52,292 nt of DNA, from assembly GCA_002084585.1 (NCBI GenBank), contig NBLM01000001.1:1-52292 (forward strand), written 5' to 3'. The stretch is from Planctomycetales bacterium 4572_13 (lineage in GTDB: Bacteria; Planctomycetota; Phycisphaerae; Sedimentisphaerales; Anaerohalosphaeraceae). The position numbers and the translations under genes are program-made. Below, piece by piece: positions 48,201-52,292 of the stretch. The notes beneath the pieces are model-generated. The model was not told the origin of the DNA, searched no databases, and saw only the letters and a program-made list of their open reading frames with translations. Numbering within the stretch: position 1 is the stretch's first letter; each line of letters begins with the position of its first letter.

Positions 48201-48588
48201 TGACATCATCCAGCACCTCGCTGTTATCGGCAAAGTCCGCAATCTCAATCATCACAAACCCCATCCCCTCGGTTCCAACCGAACGAAGGCGTTTAACACC
48301 GTCTAAACCCGCAACGGCCTCTTCCACGCGGATACAAACGCCCTCTTCCGCTTCGGCAGGCGTAGCACCCAAATACGGTACCTGAACTGTAATAATATCA
48401 ACGCTCATCTCCGGAAACATCTCAACGATGTTCGTTTTTAAGCTCATGATGCCACCAATGATGATCAACAGCATTAGCAGGTTCGCCGCAACATGGTTAT
48501 GGGCAAACCAAGCCAAAGGACCTTTTTTTTCATTTAAAGTGTTCACTGCAAAACTCCTGTTTAGGAATACATTCCTAATTTTCGTCAT
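45268..48588 (-). CDS. RND efflux transporter inner-membrane permease (AcrB family)
   Basis: 1106 aa with a 12-TM plus two large periplasmic loops architecture. Conserved TM4 region GIVVDDAIVVGENI and a GIVVNDSLIMID repeat. Confidence 0.93.
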   Translation of the reverse strand: MTKIRNVFLNRSFAVNTLNEKKGPLAWFAHNHVAANLLMLLIIIGGIMSLKTNIVEMFPEMSVDIITVQVPYLGATPAEAEEGVCIRVEEAVAGLDGVKRLRSVGTEGMGFVMIEIADFADNSEVLDDVKAAVDRIITFPKETEEPIIKEETIRNHVITMVLYGDVSERTLKELAEQMRDELTAMPNISQVDVTGARRYEISIEVSEENLRRYGLSFSDISKAVRNASLDLPGGSVKTTGGEILIRTKGQRYRGGEFEKIVVLTRPDGTTVHLADIATVIDGFEDSDKASYFDGKRSVQLQVYRVGTQNLLDLVATVKQYIEDNRNSLPEGISVGTWFDRSKMLEARLGLLKRNALFGLVLVFIVLALFLDLRLAFWTTMGIPISFMGAFWMMPYLDTSINMMSLFGFILALGIVVDDAIVVGENIFEYRQQGMTPVEAAIKGAREMAAPVTMAVLTTIFAFMPLLYIYGIFGKFIRVIPMVVIPVLAFSLIEALLILPAHLSGGRPIASKREHLGIVGRVQRWVRVHLELFVEKWFAPFVQWAVRWRYATVACAFLVLCIAIGYVSGGFIKFSLLPKVESDNVWASLSMPMGTSVEQTREVVARIEDAAMRIEERIETERRENSNHSVWEKLKMKVGLGNENEPLQPMFVHMSTDIGQQPFTRGDAGGPPTSSDSGSHAAEINIQLLKGEYRDSEYSSEKIAGMWREEVGQVPGVSSLTFTSSLFHGGTAIYVEMSHRDFEVLLAAVEEMKQVLAEYSGVYDISDTFEAGKLELKLSLTNSGRMLGLTWEDLARQVRQGFYGDEVQRVQRGRDDIRVMVRYPEDERTSLADVENMRIRLKDGTEIPFREVATVHLGRGYAAINRTDRRRVVSVTADVDQSVTTSNEVVADLKHKVLPALSEKYPGLSYDFEGEQRDQQDVAKSLGTSAIIAMMAIFGLLAVQFRSYMQPAIIMSAIPFGLVGALVGHIVMGFQLSILSVFGIVALTGIVVNDSLIMIDLINRERAEGIALKQVIRDSVTRRFRPILLTTLTTFCGLMPMMLEKSLQARFLIPMAVSLAFGVLFATIITLILVPALYMILEDSKSAAKTFFLTVFGRSASKPDVNP

Positions 48589-49756
48589 CGATCATGATGC
48601 GAATGGTCATGCCGTTGGTAACGGTTCCCAATGCGCTGGTAACGACAAAATCGCCTTCACTTAGCCCGCTTGAAATATAGGCAAACTCCCGGTCCATCCG
48701 AACGATTTCGACAGGTTGAATTGTCAGCTTTCTTGTTTCGCCAGTCCCCTTAGCCACCCAGACTTCAGTACCCCGGCGAATCGCATAACGCGGCAGACGA
48801 TAGATACCCTTGACTTCCTTACCCTGAATATCCACCCGAACAAACATCCCCGGCGACAGCGGTGGACGACCGGACTTTGTCTTAAACGGATCGGGAATCT
48901 GGGCAACAACATGAACCATACGGGATTTTGGGTCGATCCGACCTTCGGTACGAACCAGCCGCCCTGCCCAGGTGTGTTCAGCACCGGCAAATTCCGCAAA
49001 AACAGTTACGGCAGCATAGTTATTCTCTCCGTTATGATTGCTGTTGAGCGGTACGGCGAACCATGCCAACTCCGCATCCTCCAGCGGAACAACGATTTCG
49101 ACTACATCGGTACGATAAACCGTGGCAATGGATTTTCCAGCAGTAATGAACTGGCCAACATCAATATTAGTCGCCACAACTCGCCCGTCGAACGGCATCG
49201 TGATCGTCGTTCGTTCCAGGTCGAGCTTTGCCTTGGCCAGTCGGGCCTTGGCGGCGCTTAGCTGGGCCTGTGCATTGCGAATCTGCGGCCCGCGAAAAAC
49301 CAGTATCGAACTCGGCTGTTTGTCGGGATGCAGCTTTTCCCACTCCTGATGGGCAATATCCGCCTCGGCCTTTTCCTGTTCGACCTTGACTTCGGCCTGC
49401 GCGACTGCGGCGGCGGCGGCTTCGACGGCCAACGAGTAATCGGTTTGTTCGATTACCACCAAGGGTTCATCGGCCTGAAAAAACCCACCATTGACAAGCT
49501 GCCGATGGCACTGCATGACCTTGCCCGATACCTGCGGCACGACCTGAACCTCCATTCGCGGTTTAACCGTCCCGAACCCCTGTACCGTCATTTGCAACGA
49601 TTCGGGATACACCTGTATCGCATTCAGCAAAGGAGCGGATACATTTTGCGTCTTTTTCTCCGGCGGCTGGCGAAATAAAGACATCATTTTCGCAGTGACT
49701 ATCGCAGCCACAACAATCACAACAACCAAAACAAGCTGGGTAAGTGATTTTTTCAT
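48575..49756 (-). CDS. RND efflux periplasmic adaptor (MFP/HlyD family)
   Basis: Signal-anchor, an alpha-hairpin (AQAQLSAAKARLAKAKLDLERTTI), and lipoyl/beta-barrel motifs. It overlaps the RND gene by 14 nt. Confidence 0.9.
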   Translation of the reverse strand: MKKSLTQLVLVVVIVVAAIVTAKMMSLFRQPPEKKTQNVSAPLLNAIQVYPESLQMTVQGFGTVKPRMEVQVVPQVSGKVMQCHRQLVNGGFFQADEPLVVIEQTDYSLAVEAAAAAVAQAEVKVEQEKAEADIAHQEWEKLHPDKQPSSILVFRGPQIRNAQAQLSAAKARLAKAKLDLERTTITMPFDGRVVATNIDVGQFITAGKSIATVYRTDVVEIVVPLEDAELAWFAVPLNSNHNGENNYAAVTVFAEFAGAEHTWAGRLVRTEGRIDPKSRMVHVVAQIPDPFKTKSGRPPLSPGMFVRVDIQGKEVKGIYRLPRYAIRRGTEVWVAKGTGETRKLTIQPVEIVRMDREFAYISSGLSEGDFVVTSALGTVTNGMTIRIMIDDEN

Positions 49757-51201
49757 TTTTTATCATCTCCTGCGGATATTCTTTCTTCGATTCCCCAATC
49801 ACCGCCGATGGCGAGGAACAATTCTACACGGGCCTTCCAAAGATCGCCCTGCGACAAAGCCAGTTCATTTTCCGCCAATCGCCGACGGCGTTCAGTTTCC
49901 AGCACCAGCAGAATCTTATCAACACCCTGCTTATAGCGGTCGGCCGCCAGTCGTTCGGCATGTTGGGCCTGCTCAAATCGATCGGTTAGCTGTGTGATTC
50001 GCTCTGTGAGTTTCTGCTGTTTGACCAAGGCATCTTCGACCTCACGCATCGCATTCAGCACCGTACCGGCATAGTGGGCCGCGGATTGACGAGCTGTGGC
50101 CTCGGCGGCTTTGACACCGGCCTTTAGGCGGCCACCTTTGTAAATCGGGGCCATGGCGTTCAGGATCGCCGCGTAAACCTGATTCTCTGATAAGGTTAAG
50201 TCGCTAAAATGCTCCGACGCATACCCCCCTGTCGCCGTCAGGGTCAGGTCGGGATACATCTGTGCAATGCGAACGCCGATTCGTTCAGTTCCAGCGGCCA
50301 ATCGCATCTCAGCGGAACGAACATCGGGGCGACGATCCAACAAATTCGCGGGTAAACCGGCCGGAATCGGCGACAGCGCGGGCAGTTTCGGCAGTGTTTG
50401 CGACAATTCGGTCGTTGTTTCCGGCGCCTGTCCGCACAGAACATCCAATGCGTGCAGTGTCAGAATGAGCGATTGCTCGACGAGTGCTTTTTGTGCCTTG
50501 GCGTTGGCGAGATTTTCTTTGGCGATATAAACATCCACCGCCGGTGACAGTCCTTGCTGGTAGCGACGGTCAATAATTTCCAATGCTCTTTCCCAGTTGG
50601 AAATCGTCTGAGCGTTAATCTCAAGCAGTCGCTGCTGCGTGGCAATATCAATCCGCGTGGCGATCACCTGGGCCACGACCACATGGGCCAATGCCTGCCG
50701 GTCATTTTCGGTCGCGAACAGGTCGTACTCGGCGGCTCGTTCGGCCCGGCGGAGTTTGCCGAAGATATCAACCGTATAGCTGACGGCCAGATCCAGCGTA
50801 TAGCCCTGTGCAATAAAACTTTCGCGACCGCCCGGAAAATTGAAGTTGACTTTTTGTCGTGTGCGGTTAAACCCCAGTCCTGCTTCCGGCAGGCGGGTGC
50901 CATAGGCCTGTGTCAGAAAAGCACGCGAGCGGTCAATCGCCGCCGCGGCCGCAACCAGATCGGTATTGCGCAAAAGTGCCTTTTGGACCAGTTCATCGGT
51001 TACCGGATCATTGAACCGCTGCCACCAGCCGTTGGCGATGTTTGGGTCATTGGCATCGGCCCACTGCTCGGGGAGCCAAGAATAACCCTCAAGTGAATCG
51101 GCAGCCGTTACGGGCCGCTCATAGTCGGGGCCGACATTGCATCCGGCAAGAGCCAATACGACTATCAATAGTGAGGGTACTATAAATCGCATCGACATCA
51201 A
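49753..51201 (-). CDS. Outer-membrane efflux lipoprotein (TolC/NodT family OMF)
   Basis: Lipobox LALAGCNVGPDYERP, typical of NodT, with two repeat halves of coiled-coil/beta segments. 4-nt overlap with the MFP gene. Confidence 0.9.
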   Translation of the reverse strand: MMSMRFIVPSLLIVVLALAGCNVGPDYERPVTAADSLEGYSWLPEQWADANDPNIANGWWQRFNDPVTDELVQKALLRNTDLVAAAAAIDRSRAFLTQAYGTRLPEAGLGFNRTRQKVNFNFPGGRESFIAQGYTLDLAVSYTVDIFGKLRRAERAAEYDLFATENDRQALAHVVVAQVIATRIDIATQQRLLEINAQTISNWERALEIIDRRYQQGLSPAVDVYIAKENLANAKAQKALVEQSLILTLHALDVLCGQAPETTTELSQTLPKLPALSPIPAGLPANLLDRRPDVRSAEMRLAAGTERIGVRIAQMYPDLTLTATGGYASEHFSDLTLSENQVYAAILNAMAPIYKGGRLKAGVKAAEATARQSAAHYAGTVLNAMREVEDALVKQQKLTERITQLTDRFEQAQHAERLAADRYKQGVDKILLVLETERRRRLAENELALSQGDLWKARVELFLAIGGDWGIEERISAGDDKK

Positions 51202-51860
51202 CCGCCCTCCTGATTCGGATTGGCGTATCCGCGAATTCCCGCCGCAACGAACCGCACCATGTGGTCCAGTAAATCGTCGATACTTAGGTTTGGCATTGTT
51301 TCCTGATAAAAGTCCATAAACAAAAACGGGTGCAGGATCGCCCCGTCGATGGAGAAGACGATCAGCAGTATCTTATCCGGGTCAATGCCCGGTACTAACT
51401 GCAGTATGGCTCGGCCAAGCCGCTCAAATAACTGTGTTTTCATTTCGCTGGCAAACGAATTGCGGTCGATCTGCTGATTTAGAACCGCCCGCACAAGCAG
51501 CCGCAGCACCTTGCCGCCCGTTTCGTTTTCAATCACGCTGCACATCACCGGTTTCATCACCGCTCGGAGCAAATCCTCCAGTGAGATACCCGGATCAGTC
51601 ATAACTCGATCAATGGTCTCTATGTTCCGCTGGATCATTATTCCAAACTGCCGCCGGAACATTTCGGCATAGAGCTTGTCTTTGCCGCCAAAATGGTAGT
51701 TAACCGCCGCCAGATTGCACTCCGCTGCGGCGGTCAGTTCACGAACGGATACTCCGTCATAGCCATTTTCGCAAAAAAGGGCCTCCGCAGCATCAAGAAG
51801 GCGGTTTTTAGTATCTTCCTGCTGGCTATTCTGATTAAGAACCGGTTTAGTCTGTCCCAT
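51198..51860 (-). CDS. TetR-family transcriptional regulator, first gene of the efflux operon
   Basis: HTH region RLLDAAEALFCENGYDGVSVRELTAAAECNLAAVNYHFGGKDKLY. 4-nt overlap with the OMF gene. Start taken at ATG 51860 because the ORF-track start (51902) lies upstream of the predicted transcription start. Confidence 0.88.
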   Translation of the reverse strand: MGQTKPVLNQNSQQEDTKNRLLDAAEALFCENGYDGVSVRELTAAAECNLAAVNYHFGGKDKLYAEMFRRQFGIMIQRNIETIDRVMTDPGISLEDLLRAVMKPVMCSVIENETGGKVLRLLVRAVLNQQIDRNSFASEMKTQLFERLGRAILQLVPGIDPDKILLIVFSIDGAILHPFLFMDFYQETMPNLSIDDLLDHMVRFVAAGIRGYANPNQEGG

Positions 51861-51880
51861 TGCATGTACCTGATTAAAAA

Positions 51881-51932
51881 TTGAAACAACTGTTTCAAAC
51901 AACAGTATAAAACGATTGTTTTAGTTTGTCAA
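51881..51932 (-). promoter_or_regulatory. Promoter plus palindromic operator of the TetR-efflux operon
   Basis: Minus strand reads TTGACA (51932-51927), 17 nt, TATACT (51909-51904). Five nt downstream is the palindrome TTGAAACA-ac-TGTTTCAA (51881-51898), spanning the predicted +1. Confidence 0.6.
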
Positions 51933-52075
51933 GCGAAAAATTCAAAAGAATTGGGGCATCTGGTGTGGCATAACAGACTTATGGACATCCCCCCGCGAAC
52001 GGTTACAGGGTTTTATATTCTGGACAACGGCGCATAGGAAAACGCAAGTCCTCGTTTTATAAGAACCTGCGTTAA

Positions 52076-52117
52076 TCGGGGTGACAGGACTTGAACCTGC
52101 GACCTCATGACCCTCAG
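52076..52117 (-). pseudogene. Orphan 3' fragment of a tRNA gene (variable loop, T-arm, acceptor 3' strand)
   Basis: Minus strand reads ...TCATG AGGTC GCAGG-TTCAAGT-CCTGT CACCCCG A, then a terminator-like hairpin AACGCAGGT/ACTTGCGTT (52046-52074). No complementary 5' acceptor strand (CGGGGTG), D-arm or anticodon-stem partner exists upstream. Confidence 0.6.
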
Positions 52118-52292
52118 CTTAGCGAGGGGTTTGTAAGTCTTTGTGGTAAAACGCTTAATAACTGTTAACAAAAGACTTATGACACGGCCCGAAGACCAAG
52201 CGAACGGCAAACGAGTACCAAACGAGCCTGTTTGGCACGCACTTTGGCACGCGCGCGGGTTTTCATAGGCAAGACCGATCCATGTTTCAGTT

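Noticed and set aside
52231-52252. Sigma54-like element / 10-bp direct repeat TTTGGCACGC x2
   Set aside because: TGGCACG-N4-TTGG resembles the -24/-12 consensus, but the invariant -12 GC is displaced by one nt. The downstream gene is outside the window, so it is too weak to call.
52013-52292. tmRNA (ssrA) 3' end running off the window
   Set aside because: The acceptor 3' strand reads CACCCCG-A, implying C1:G72. tmRNA requires a GGGG... 5' end with a G3:U70 pair (3' ...UCCA). The adjacent upstream sequence shows no tag-reading-frame or pseudoknot-like features I could recognise.

Overview
52.3-kb chromosomal window from a diderm bacterium (LptF/G permeases, TolC-family outer-membrane factor, Wza-like exporter), probably anaerobic or facultative (pyruvate:ferredoxin oxidoreductase). 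All calls come from reading the sequence and ORF translations by eye; no database search was run. I support 41 protein genes, 3 tRNAs, one orphan tRNA 3' fragment, a TPP riboswitch, and several sigma70-like promoters and intrinsic terminators. Layout: (i) 0.4-14.3 kb is an accessory envelope locus. It holds a non-RD Ser/Thr kinase overlapping a metallophosphatase, a receiver-like ORF abutting a GGDEF cyclase, and a five-gene minus-strand operon (Wza-like exporter, exosortase, EpsI, 1585-aa TPR protein, Wzc-like tyrosine autokinase). (ii) 14.5-20.5 kb holds a lipoprotein, PFOR, cobO and a stand-alone PilZ protein. (iii) 21-28.7 kb is housekeeping: ffh, an unknown ORF, rpsP, trmD, rplS, yraN, truD, a Spy/CpxP-like protein, and thiC with its TPP riboswitch. 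(iv) 29-37 kb holds tandem lipoprotein paralogs, a SHOCT membrane protein, DUF2089, two tRNA-Leu genes, gcvH, an epimerase, xseBA and crcB-DUF190. (v) 37-52 kb holds a double M16 peptidase, an MsbA-like ABC exporter, LptF/G-family permeases and a TetR-OMF-MFP-RND operon. The window ends at a tRNA 3' fragment that looks like an integration scar. The main points worth a second look are listed here. First, the exosortase core has no PrsK/PrsR, cargo or glycosyltransferases in view and is flanked by STK/phosphatase and c-di-GMP genes. Second, exosortase and EpsI are in frame, split by a single TAA. Third, a dispersed family of hairpin-cluster elements occurs in at least five intergenic regions. 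Fourth, an orphan terminator/antiterminator leader precedes the lipoprotein pair. Fifth, a 35-nt direct repeat pair sits in an AT-rich gap. I did not find a defence island, CRISPR array or transposase.
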